Part shown: one piece after another, positions 1 through 8,703 of the stretch
How the letters are laid out: every line of letters starts with the position of its first letter
Position numbering within the stretch: position 1 is the first letter of the stretch
DNA from: an uncultured Thiotrichales bacterium
Lineage (GTDB): Bacteria; Pseudomonadota; Gammaproteobacteria; UBA4575
Direction: 5' to 3'
Length of the DNA: 34,657 nt
NCBI GenBank assembly: GCA_964629035.1
Contig: CAZVPJ010000001.1
Coordinates: 1-34,657 of the forward strand
Position numbers and translations under genes: made by a program
The notes under the pieces: model-generated
The model's input: only the letters and a program-made list of their open reading frames with translations
Told to the model about the DNA's origin: nothing
Databases searched by the model: none

Positions 1-1
1 T

Positions 2-115
2 CAGTAAAGCAGAAGTTGGAGATTTAATTGCAATCATGCAATCTGGCGCTTATGGCTACACTGCCAGCCCGATAAATTTCTTGAGTCATGAATTACCCAA
101 AGAGCATTTAATATA
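2..115 (+). CDS. 3' end (last 37 codons) of a fold-type III PLP-dependent decarboxylase (Orn/DAP/Arg decarboxylase family); the gene continues left of the window
   Basis: Frame 2 is open from the window edge to TAA at 113-115 and reads SKAEVGDLIAIMQSGAYGYTASPINFLSHELPKEHLI. The GDL-x-I-x3-GAYG-x3-S pattern is the conserved C-terminal signature of diaminopimelate/ornithine decarboxylases. From memory, a dedicated subfamily (TIGR03099) is a marker of exosortase A loci, which fits the right half of the window. Confidence 0.5.
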
Positions 116-236
116 AACTCGCTGTATTAACAATCAATCAAACTTATTTATAATAAGCTCCGATCACCTCTAACATACACTTTCACCTCATCACACTACT
201 CGTTACTTTTATAATAATTTAGACTAGATATATAAT

Positions 237-1781
237 CTACTTGAACTTACTGTTTTGTGCAGACGATAGTAGCCAATCAATAGGTTTTAGTATTTTTAAA
301 TTCTTACTTGCAATCAATCCTCTGATTGATTGCACTTCTTGATCTTGCAAACACTGTAGAAATAAGCTTGAAATAAAATAAGTAATAGCAAAAACGATTG
401 CAGATACAATTAAGCCCACCAATGCGTTTTCAAGTGGAAAATATTTGACTAGATAAACAGACCCTACTGCAATCAACGTCGCCGTGATAATTTTACCCCA
501 ATGAAGCCATGGAAAGCTTACCCCTAAATGCCTCATAGCAATGATTAAATTTGCTAAAAACATAAAAGAAAATGCTATAGAAAATGCTATTGCTGCCCCA
601 TATAATCCATATTTACTCACCAGATAATAATCCAGACTAAGCTTTAGCGCCGTACCATACAGCATTACTTTAAGAATCAAAGATTGTTTGTCGACACTCA
701 ATAAGTAACTTGTCGGCACACTAGCAACACTGCAGAAGCAGCATGTAAGAGCAAGGATTGTAAAAGGCAATACAGCCGGCTCATACGCTGCACCATATAA
801 TATAAAAATAATATCTTTAGAAAAAATGGCAAAAAATACACCAGCCGGAACCGCCAACCAAAGCACATACCTCATACTTTGTGTAAATTTTAGTATTGCC
901 ATATCTTTGGAATGCGCGATACTACCTGACATTAATGGCAGCATAATTCCTTCAAAAATACCTGGAACCAATAATGCAATAGCAAGCGCTAGCCGATGAG
1001 CCACCTTGAAATAACCCAGATCTTCATCACTTGCAAAATACTTTAAAAATAGTAACTCAGACTCATTTGTAATCAAGAACAATAATAAAGTATTAATCAT
1101 TACAATTTTTACATGCTTATTAACCCTTTCTTTCATTACCACAGGCAACTCAATTGTATTCACTTCATACTCACACCACCTAAGCACAATTATTCTGGAA
1201 ACAATATAGTAAACACCCGCAGATAACACATACACTATGATAAATGCATGCAATGTATTTGATATAAGTGCTGCTGACGCAACTAACCCTAAATGAAGTG
1301 GTGATGCTATTACTGATATAGCTGCAACTGCTTTAAAATTTTCAAAACCTTTTGAAAGGGATACATAGAAATTAGAAAATGACCTAAGAAGAACTACCAA
1401 TAATAGTAGAATGAAAATATTTAGCGAAATATCCTCAATAAATATCTCACTAAATGAAATATAAAATATTAAAAATACTACCAACACTATTGATAATTTT
1501 ATTATTTGAATTTTCTTTAAATACTTTACCGTTGGTAAAATATTTTCAGAATATTTGACGCGGCTCTCTGAAACAAATTTTATCAGTGCCGTACCCACCC
1601 CTCCATTTGTAATTCTGATACCTAAAGCACAAATCCATACAATCAGCGCATAATTACCATACGACTCAGGACCGAGTGTTCTAGCTATGATGATTGACAT
1701 AACCATTGCAAAAAAGGACTCTACGTAGAGACCCGCTGATGAGAACATCAGATTTTTTGCTATATTATTTTTTGAAGACAT
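237..1781 (-). CDS. Wzx-like polysaccharide/oligosaccharide flippase (MOP superfamily membrane protein)
   Basis: 514-aa ORF with ATG at 1781-1779. About 12-14 hydrophobic helices are spread over the whole length. The N-terminus (NLMFSSAGLYVESFFAMVMSIIIARTLGPESYGNYALI) looks like the conserved start of Wzx/RfbX-type polysaccharide biosynthesis proteins. Confidence 0.75.
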   Translation of the reverse strand: MSSKNNIAKNLMFSSAGLYVESFFAMVMSIIIARTLGPESYGNYALIVWICALGIRITNGGVGTALIKFVSESRVKYSENILPTVKYLKKIQIIKLSIVLVVFLIFYISFSEIFIEDISLNIFILLLLVVLLRSFSNFYVSLSKGFENFKAVAAISVIASPLHLGLVASAALISNTLHAFIIVYVLSAGVYYIVSRIIVLRWCEYEVNTIELPVVMKERVNKHVKIVMINTLLLFLITNESELLFLKYFASDEDLGYFKVAHRLALAIALLVPGIFEGIMLPLMSGSIAHSKDMAILKFTQSMRYVLWLAVPAGVFFAIFSKDIIFILYGAAYEPAVLPFTILALTCCFCSVASVPTSYLLSVDKQSLILKVMLYGTALKLSLDYYLVSKYGLYGAAIAFSIAFSFMFLANLIIAMRHLGVSFPWLHWGKIITATLIAVGSVYLVKYFPLENALVGLIVSAIVFAITYFISSLFLQCLQDQEVQSIRGLIASKNLKILKPIDWLLSSAQNSKFK

Positions 1782-2145
1782 TATAGAGTCTTTAGATCAA
1801 CCAAATCCAAGGGCTTAGGTAGTACTATTAAACAATAACATTATACATCATTTTATTTTATTAATTGAATATCTCAGCAAATAACTAAGGAACTAGTACT
1901 CGTTTATCAAAATATTATTTATGAGCTTATTTACAATTAAACCTACTTATAAATGGGTAAATTAAACTACGAGTTATTGAATTTTAGTATTCCTAAACAA
2001 CCTTCGATAACACTAGACATTAATGGATATTAGAAATATGACTTATGATTCCACCTCATATCCAACAAATAGTGCATTTTTAACAATGCGTACATTAACG
2101 TTACAATTATTTACACATATATAATTCATTTCATTTGAAAAAGTT
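1782..2145. promoter_or_regulatory. AT-rich divergent promoter region between the flippase (-) and the GT-C gene (+)
   Basis: 364 bp of non-coding, very AT-rich sequence lies between two divergently oriented start codons. I could not place individual -35/-10 boxes confidently. Confidence 0.35.
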
Positions 2146-4128
2146 ATGCCCTACATTCAAAAGAATGCCTTAACACTAGTAATTTTAATTATTGTATTCA
2201 CTGGAATACTAGTGAGACTCGTAGGACTTGGGACTCACCCTTTTTCTATAGACGAATATTATCTTTTTAAATCTATTAATCTAATAATAGAGAAGGGTTT
2301 ACCAGAATTTTTATGCGGCGGATATTACGTACGAGGTATTTTATTACAATATATAATCTTACCCTTTGTATCCTTAATTGACGATCAAGAGCTAGCCGCA
2401 AGACTACCAATAGTACTATTTAGCATCTTAACTTTACCCGCTGTCTACCTAATAGGTCGAGATTTAGGTAGCCGTTATATTGGCGTTCTTGCATTACTCT
2501 TATTTTCATTCTCGGTATGGCAAATTGAATTTGCACGATTTGCACGCATGTACGTACCTTTCCAAATGCTCTTTGTCTGGCAAGTATGGTTATTTATCAA
2601 TCCCGAAAAACCTAGTAGAAATATAAATATATTAATCAATGGCGTCGTAGCCTCTATAGCAATTCTATTTTATGAAGGAGGTATTTTTTGTGTTGCACTC
2701 GCATTTATTAACCTGCTGACATACAAAAATTCAACCAAGGTTATTTTTTACTTACCAACCTTTATAGCAACAATTCTTTCGGGACTCATGATAGCCATAC
2801 CATTTCGTCACCTTGGGACGAGCAATCAATATTCGCAAGCAGGCTCTATACAATCCACATCTTATCCAGATGTTCTGGAAAATTTACCAATCGATCTACC
2901 CGTTTATTTAGTATATGAAAATTTTTCAGGATTATTACTCTTTGCTTTTACCATCTATCTAATTATAACTTCACTATTTTTATTTAAATGCAGTTATCGC
3001 AGCGGCTATACATTATTAACTAAGTTAATATTATTCACTATAGCTATTTCACTTTTAGTCAATCAATTTTTTCTTGCAGCGAGTGTACTTACTATAGCTC
3101 TACTTTTACCAATATCGAGAAGCAATATTATTGAATTATCTTCAAATAGTTTAGCCCAAAGTTATCTGGTCATTTCAATATTCTGGGGCATAATTTGCGT
3201 AACAAATTTTATCATAGCAAGTGATATACACTCTTTTCTTACCATAACTAAAGAAATTTTTAATAACTTCTTTAGTTATCCCGATATATTCTTTGATATT
3301 TTTAAACAATGGCAAAAACCAATGCCATTACATTCTACTTTTTCAGTCATATGTATATTTTTTGCAATCATCTGGTGCTTATTTAAGCAGGATTACACTA
3401 AAAATAAAATGCATTATCTCTTGTCAGTATTAATATCAACTACACTTCTAATCGCTATTATTAATACGCAATATAATACAAGTAGATATTCCTTTTTTAT
3501 ATCCCCGTTAATACTAATAATAATTTCTTATTGCATCTTTACGATTGCCAAATTACTTAGTAAAAATACTAAAATTTTTCAGCTTGCCATATGTAGCTTG
3601 TCTTCCATTTTCATATATTTTTCTGAGGACTTTAACCTCTCACACCTCATTAATATTGATAGCTATGAATCCAATCACAGAATCAATTATACAATTCAAT
3701 ATGCAGAACATTTATATCCACGATATGACTATTATTCAATTGCAAATTATATTAATAAAAACGCAGCCCCTGATGATGTAGTAGTTATATCAACTCCCAC
3801 ACTTGAAATGTATATAAAAGATAATGTCAATATTAATTATTTTATGACTCGCGAGAACAATGAATTTATTAGCCACAGTTCATGCGAAGGAACGCGAGAA
3901 CTATGGAGTAGAAAACCACTAATTGATAATTATAAAGATCTTTACAAAACACTAAACCAAGAAACACATACCAAATGGCTTATTTTGCATGGGAAACGAG
4001 GCAACCCATACACAACAAAGAAACATGAAATATTGAAAGAAAAAGTACAACCTTTTCAAACTTATGCTAATGAAGATAGAACACTAGTCTTATATCGAAT
4101 TGGGCCAGAACGTGAAGATTTCAAATAA
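2146..4128 (+). CDS. GT-C fold membrane glycosyltransferase (ArnT/PMT_2-like, GT39/GT83-like) with a C-terminal soluble domain
   Basis: 660 aa with many TM helices through about residue 490, then a roughly 170-aa hydrophilic tail. The first-loop motif LVRLVGLGTHPFSIDEYYLFKS places D36-E37 (gacgaa, 2251-2256) where the GT-C catalytic DE sits. It is followed by AARLPIVLFSILTLPAVYLIGRDLGSRYIGVLALLLFSFS, the typical PMT_2/ArnT pattern. Confidence 0.7.
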   Translation: MPYIQKNALTLVILIIVFTGILVRLVGLGTHPFSIDEYYLFKSINLIIEKGLPEFLCGGYYVRGILLQYIILPFVSLIDDQELAARLPIVLFSILTLPAVYLIGRDLGSRYIGVLALLLFSFSVWQIEFARFARMYVPFQMLFVWQVWLFINPEKPSRNINILINGVVASIAILFYEGGIFCVALAFINLLTYKNSTKVIFYLPTFIATILSGLMIAIPFRHLGTSNQYSQAGSIQSTSYPDVLENLPIDLPVYLVYENFSGLLLFAFTIYLIITSLFLFKCSYRSGYTLLTKLILFTIAISLLVNQFFLAASVLTIALLLPISRSNIIELSSNSLAQSYLVISIFWGIICVTNFIIASDIHSFLTITKEIFNNFFSYPDIFFDIFKQWQKPMPLHSTFSVICIFFAIIWCLFKQDYTKNKMHYLLSVLISTTLLIAIINTQYNTSRYSFFISPLILIIISYCIFTIAKLLSKNTKIFQLAICSLSSIFIYFSEDFNLSHLINIDSYESNHRINYTIQYAEHLYPRYDYYSIANYINKNAAPDDVVVISTPTLEMYIKDNVNINYFMTRENNEFISHSSCEGTRELWSRKPLIDNYKDLYKTLNQETHTKWLILHGKRGNPYTTKKHEILKEKVQPFQTYANEDRTLVLYRIGPEREDFK

Positions 4129-4155
4129 TGTAGTAATTAATTTTACATTTTTTTT
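4127..4155 (+). terminator. Weak AT-rich hairpin plus T-run immediately after the GT-C stop codon (possible intrinsic terminator)
   Basis: aatgtag (4127-4133) pairs with ttacatt (4143-4149) as a 7-bp stem including one G-U pair. A run of eight T follows at 4148-4155. The element overlaps the 3' end of the convergent GT2 gene. The stem is AT-rich and weak. Confidence 0.3.
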
Positions 4156-5069
4156 ATATTAAATAAATTAAATATTAATGATTTGATAAACACCAAAAAC
4201 AATTTTAATGACTCAACAGTAAAATGCTCTTTCATGGAAAAAAACAAAGGCTTTAGAGAACGTGTAACCTCCTTATTCCATAGAAGGTCTGCACTATATT
4301 CTCTATAGATTCTTGCTCGTGCCTTACGAATTATTGACTTATTTTTTGACGACACATCTGGATTCTTTCTCACAAACCGTTCCAAGACCTTTAGACTATC
4401 TGAATATGAATCAAACCCGGAACTTAAACTGTCCTCTACATTGCATTTGTATACCAAAGGAGTACGAACGCATCCAACCTTGTATTCATTGGCTACATCA
4501 ATATAAAATACTTGATCTTCGGCAGTTCTGAATTTAACATCGAACCCACCTACCGCATCAAAAACTTCGCGTTTAACCATAATTGATGATGTAGTTAAAT
4601 GCGGCTTGTATATAATCTCTCCTAGCGAGTAATTTTTTATATTTAAATTATCTTCATCATAAATGCTATCATTATTAAGCATATCTGAATCACTATCTTT
4701 GATATGTATAACCTCAGTACAAATCATATCTAAATCATAACTATGTAATGCTTTTAGCTGAATAGATAGCTTTTGCGGGTGCCAATAATCATCCGAATCT
4801 AAAAATGCCAAAATATCACAACTGCATGCGCTAATTGCCTTATTTCTGGCAAAAGAAACACCTTGGTTATTCTGATCTAAAACCTTTAAGTGTTTATGTT
4901 GAATTTGCAGATCATGCAATATATTACTTGTATCGTCAGAAGAGCCATCATTGACTACTATAATTTCTTCAGGTTGCAAGGTTTGATTGATTATAGACGC
5001 TATTGCATTTCTGATGAAACGCTCTCCATTATAAACTGGAATAATTACAGCTAGCGTGCTAGTCACCAA
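4143..5069 (-). CDS. Family 2 (GT-A fold) glycosyltransferase
   Basis: Motifs present: AVIIPVYNGERFIRNAIASIINQT (GT2 N-terminal nucleotide-sugar motif), NDGSSDDT, and the DxD motif LAFLDSDDYW. The start is TTG at 5069 or GTG at 5066. There is no convincing C-terminal TM pair. Confidence 0.85.
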   Translation of the reverse strand: MVTSTLAVIIPVYNGERFIRNAIASIINQTLQPEEIIVVNDGSSDDTSNILHDLQIQHKHLKVLDQNNQGVSFARNKAISACSCDILAFLDSDDYWHPQKLSIQLKALHSYDLDMICTEVIHIKDSDSDMLNNDSIYDEDNLNIKNYSLGEIIYKPHLTTSSIMVKREVFDAVGGFDVKFRTAEDQVFYIDVANEYKVGCVRTPLVYKCNVEDSLSSGFDSYSDSLKVLERFVRKNPDVSSKNKSIIRKARARIYREYSADLLWNKEVTRSLKPLFFSMKEHFTVESLKLFLVFIKSLIFNLFNIKKM

Positions 5070-5695
5070 CTTATCTCTTTTATAGTCACGAATTATTATT
5101 ATATAGTCATATCAAATTAGAAAAGTGAACTCACTCATATATAACTCACGTTTTTACATGTGAATTTCAAATCATATATCCACTATTGATATCATATTAT
5201 CCATCTAAAGTTGACGGTTTGAAACAACATTTATATGATTTTGATAACTAAGACACATCACAAATGATGTTATTTTAATGATAATAGGCAATATTATTGA
5301 CTATCTTTTATTATTAAACAGGTTTCAACATAAACTATAATACGTCTAAATGCTAATTATCTAGAGATAACCCTGACTTGAATAGACCATTAACTAACAA
5401 TTACTTACCAAAAATAAGTGTTATTAAATTCAATTGATTGAGCAATACTCACTCTAAATAAATATTTTACCCGATACATTTGTATCAATTGCCAATGTCG
5501 TTAATGGTTCTATCTGGTAACCTCCTCACTTTATTAATAAAATATGCCTGCTTTTACAATATATATTAAACTGGCAAAACCAAATAATTCTTAATTAGGT
5601 AAATACATAACTACAGATAAAACTAACATAAATTTTGAACATTTCTTTCATTACTGTCTTACATCATCTTATTTATACTTAAACTATATTGAACA
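5070..5695. promoter_or_regulatory. 626-bp AT-rich divergent intergenic/promoter region
   Basis: This is the longest non-coding stretch in the window. It lies between the divergent GT2 (-) and formyltransferase-like (+) starts. It contains a small perfect hairpin, acatca-caaa-tgatgt, near 5254-5269. I could not support any ORF here. Confidence 0.35.
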
Positions 5696-6637
5696 ATGCT
5701 GCCTACAGAATTAATCGTTAACATTGAAGCACAAACTGACGAATATGATGAAAAATATTCCGCAGTCTTATTTACTGGCAATAGCTTAAGACATAAGCGA
5801 TTTGGCTATTTAATACAACAAGCCTATCCCGGTCTTGTAAAAGCCTGGTTTACCACAGTTCCCAAAAAACTTGGGAAAAAAGAAAAATTAAGCAAGGCCT
5901 TATCTAAAGCATTGCCTGTAGATAACCATGGTAACAAGGCTTCACCTAAAGAACTTATACAAAAAGCTTTAAAAAAAGGCATGGGTAAAAATATCAAATA
6001 CGTAACCAACGCAATACAAGGACAATTATTGCGGCTAAATTATCCGAATGAAGAAAAAATGATGTTTGGTTGGGAAGTAGAAATACTATCTAAGACCGCT
6101 GAAATTCATCCCACTTCGATTGAGCAACCCAATAGTGAAAGCACCATAAACGAACTTAATAAAATAAGTCCTTATCTTTTACTCACCTTTGGCGGCCCAT
6201 TGCTTGGAAAAAAAGTACTAGATTCTGTCCGCGGTTATTGCATTAACCAACATGCTGGTTATTCACCCGACCTTAAAGGAGCCAATACAACGGAAATGGC
6301 AATCTATCATAGAAAAATAGATCGAATTGGTAGCACAGTGCACTTCATGGATGTGTATGCAGATGCAGGCCCGATACTCAGAAGGTCTCTAGCAACCATA
6401 CACCCCGATGACAAAACTGGAAATTGTTTTCTTGCGGTAACAGCGCTAGGCAATCACTTAATGATTGAAACCATTGGAAAAATCTTACAATCTGATGAAT
6501 TTCATACTTTCGAACAAGGCATAGGCAAAGGCAAAACTATTTTGAATACAGATTTAACAACCTATAGAAAAAAAGTCATTCGAGAAGACCATAGCAAGAT
6601 GTTTAGTGCAGAACTTGCAAACCTGCGAGACTTTTAG
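5696..6637 (+). CDS. Formyltransferase-family protein (Formyl_trans_N-like; candidate sugar N-formyl/acyl transferase) with a Lys-rich insertion
   Basis: An AVLFTGNS first strand is followed by LLLTFGGPLLGKKVLDSVRGYCINQHAGYSPDLKG (the h-N-x-H-x-S-L-P-x-x-R-G region) and GSTVHFMDVYADAGPILRR. The N184/H186/D223 spacing matches the Asn-His-Asp triad of Fmt/PurN/ArnA-type enzymes. Residues of about 55-100 (VPKKLGKKEKLSKALSKALPVDNHGNKASPKELIQKALKKGMGKN) look like an insertion. Confidence 0.6.
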   Translation: MLPTELIVNIEAQTDEYDEKYSAVLFTGNSLRHKRFGYLIQQAYPGLVKAWFTTVPKKLGKKEKLSKALSKALPVDNHGNKASPKELIQKALKKGMGKNIKYVTNAIQGQLLRLNYPNEEKMMFGWEVEILSKTAEIHPTSIEQPNSESTINELNKISPYLLLTFGGPLLGKKVLDSVRGYCINQHAGYSPDLKGANTTEMAIYHRKIDRIGSTVHFMDVYADAGPILRRSLATIHPDDKTGNCFLAVTALGNHLMIETIGKILQSDEFHTFEQGIGKGKTILNTDLTTYRKKVIREDHSKMFSAELANLRDF

Positions 6638-6648
6638 GAAACGATATC

Positions 6649-7515
6649 ATGAAAGCTGGCTGGTACATTTTAAATTATCATGATGTAAATTATGAAGATT
6701 CAATTCTTACAAGAGCAATTGGTGGCACTATAAGGCCTGATGTTTTTTACGAACACATGTCTTCACTTATAACTATGGGGAGTTTTATTACTGTTCAAGA
6801 AGGGTTAGATGCACTTAATAATAACGTTGAATTTAAACAACCCACTTTCAGCCTATGGTTTGATGATGGCTTCTATGGCTTAAAAGAACATGCCGCTAAA
6901 ATATGCGAACATTTCAACATCTTCCCGACTGTATCTATCTGCTCCAGGTTTGCACTCCGGGAGGAAATGTTTTGGCGTTGCAAAATGAGTGCACTAGTAC
7001 ATCTAGATGGCATGCGTTTTTTGCGGACAGAGCTAAGGCAATCTCATAAAAACATACCCTTTAAACTAAGAAAATGGACGTTAGAAAATTTTACTCAAGA
7101 CATTGTTACAGCGGTTAATACTGTATATGAAGATGTCACAACAAAAGAGTTTCGTGAAGATGCGTTCAGAACATTCCTAGATGCAGATGACATAAAAGAA
7201 CTTGAAAATAATGGCTGGTCAATTTCGAATCACTCTGCTGCCCATTACCCACTATCCCCGCTTGTTGATGACGAATTTGTCACTAATCAGTTTAACGAGT
7301 GTCAAACTCTGGTTGACAACTTTTCCAATATTATCGACTCTTGGGTAATCCCATTTGGCTTTGGAAAAGATCATTACAAAAGTTTATTAAACAATGCAGG
7401 AAAGCCTGTTATACATGTTGGAAATAGATTTAACACAAACAATAACTGGGATGGTAAAAACTTGTTTCGTTATGAAGTACCCAATTCACACAGTATTAAA
7501 TCCATGTTTAATTAA
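6649..7515 (+). CDS. Polysaccharide deacetylase (CE4 / NodB-homology domain)
   Basis: Motifs present: WYILNYHDV, FSLWFDDGFYG (the TFDDG-type motif 1) and SNHSAAHYPLS (the H-S-x-x-H metal motif). It starts 11 nt after the formyltransferase-like gene, so the two are probably co-transcribed. Confidence 0.75.
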   Translation: MKAGWYILNYHDVNYEDSILTRAIGGTIRPDVFYEHMSSLITMGSFITVQEGLDALNNNVEFKQPTFSLWFDDGFYGLKEHAAKICEHFNIFPTVSICSRFALREEMFWRCKMSALVHLDGMRFLRTELRQSHKNIPFKLRKWTLENFTQDIVTAVNTVYEDVTTKEFREDAFRTFLDADDIKELENNGWSISNHSAAHYPLSPLVDDEFVTNQFNECQTLVDNFSNIIDSWVIPFGFGKDHYKSLLNNAGKPVIHVGNRFNTNNNWDGKNLFRYEVPNSHSIKSMFN

Positions 7516-8677
7516 CTGCTTTATGCTTTAGCACTTGCTTTAAAGCATTTTTTGCTCGGCTTTCCCAAGTATATTTTTTAACAGAGTTCTGCCTACCCTC
7601 TTTCCCTTTCTCTTTACCATCTTTAACTGCAATTCCAACCATCTCTACAAATTCATCTTTTGTGGACGCGATATTAATATAGTCAGCAAACTTCTCTGCT
7701 TGAGGAAACTTTACGGAAACAACAGGGCAACCTATTGCCAAATACTCTCTTAGTTTTAGAGGGTTACTGTTTATAACCTGTTCAGTTAAGTGGTATGGCA
7801 ATATTCCAACATCAAATTTTGCCGCATATGTCGGGAGATCCTTAAAATTCTTCTTGCCAAGAAGATATATATTATCAAACTTCTCTAGCTCACTAACATC
7901 AACGGCTGCATGACCAATAATTACTATAGAAATTTCAGGAAATGCTTCCGCAACGGCTACAAATATTGATAGATCAATCCATGCCTCAAGTAAACCGAAA
8001 AAACCTACAATGGGGCTATTTATTTCTCGTATATCAATTGGGACGGGCAAATTTCCTGAGCCTGCTGAACTAAAGTGCTCGTAATCAACACCATGCGGAC
8101 TCAGAAATACATTTGGGTTTAATTGCTTCTTTTCGCCCAGCAACGTTTCTGAAGCAACAAATACTGTGCCAGCAGATTTGGTTAACAGGTTATCAAGTTT
8201 TGATATAGCATCGAAATTTACCCCAGGTAGGGCTGCGTATTTATCTATGCAATAATAAACAGAATAACTTTTTGGCATTAAATTAGGCAAATAACCTAGA
8301 TGAGGAATTACAAACCAAAGAAGTGGATCACGAAATTTTTTGGTAATAATCAATCTCAGCATTTGTAATCGAACAATAATTGGATTGAGCTTACTTACAA
8401 TACCAGAACCATGAAAAGGCAATTGGAATAAGGAGTACACATACAAATTATCATGCACTTTCTTTGGGCCTTGAATTAACTTAAATAGTTTTGAAAATAT
8501 TTTCCTGAGGTCTCGACCTGACATAGAAGGTGCCCGCAAACCCGGGCATTCAACATAAATCATGCGGTGATTTTTTGATAGCTGCTCAGCTATATGATGA
8601 CTACTTGTGCGGTTCTCTGCACTCCAATCATTTCCAAAGTAAAGGATGGATTGTGAGTTGGGTTGCAAGTCAGCCAC
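7508..8677 (-). CDS. GT-B fold glycosyltransferase (GT1/GT4-like)
   Basis: 389 aa with a GTG start at 8677. The C-terminal half reads GKKNFKDLPTYAAKFDVGILPY...NPLKLREYLAIGCPVVS, the donor-binding region of GT-B enzymes. The N-terminus ILYFGNDWSAENRTSSHHIA resembles TuaH-like EPS transferases. Its stop overlaps the convergent deacetylase stop by 8 bp. Confidence 0.6.
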   Translation of the reverse strand: MADLQPNSQSILYFGNDWSAENRTSSHHIAEQLSKNHRMIYVECPGLRAPSMSGRDLRKIFSKLFKLIQGPKKVHDNLYVYSLFQLPFHGSGIVSKLNPIIVRLQMLRLIITKKFRDPLLWFVIPHLGYLPNLMPKSYSVYYCIDKYAALPGVNFDAISKLDNLLTKSAGTVFVASETLLGEKKQLNPNVFLSPHGVDYEHFSSAGSGNLPVPIDIREINSPIVGFFGLLEAWIDLSIFVAVAEAFPEISIVIIGHAAVDVSELEKFDNIYLLGKKNFKDLPTYAAKFDVGILPYHLTEQVINSNPLKLREYLAIGCPVVSVKFPQAEKFADYINIASTKDEFVEMVGIAVKDGKEKGKEGRQNSVKKYTWESRAKNALKQVLKHKAVN

Positions 8678-8703
8678 AAGTCAAATAATATTATTTTTAA
8701 CTG

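Noticed and set aside
2023-2124. A 33-codon upstream ORF (MDIRNMTYDSTSYPTNSAFLTMRTLTLQLFTHI) ending 21 nt before the GT-C start; a possible leader peptide.
   Set aside because: It has no RBS and no attenuator-like structure, and nothing distinguishes it from chance in AT-rich DNA.
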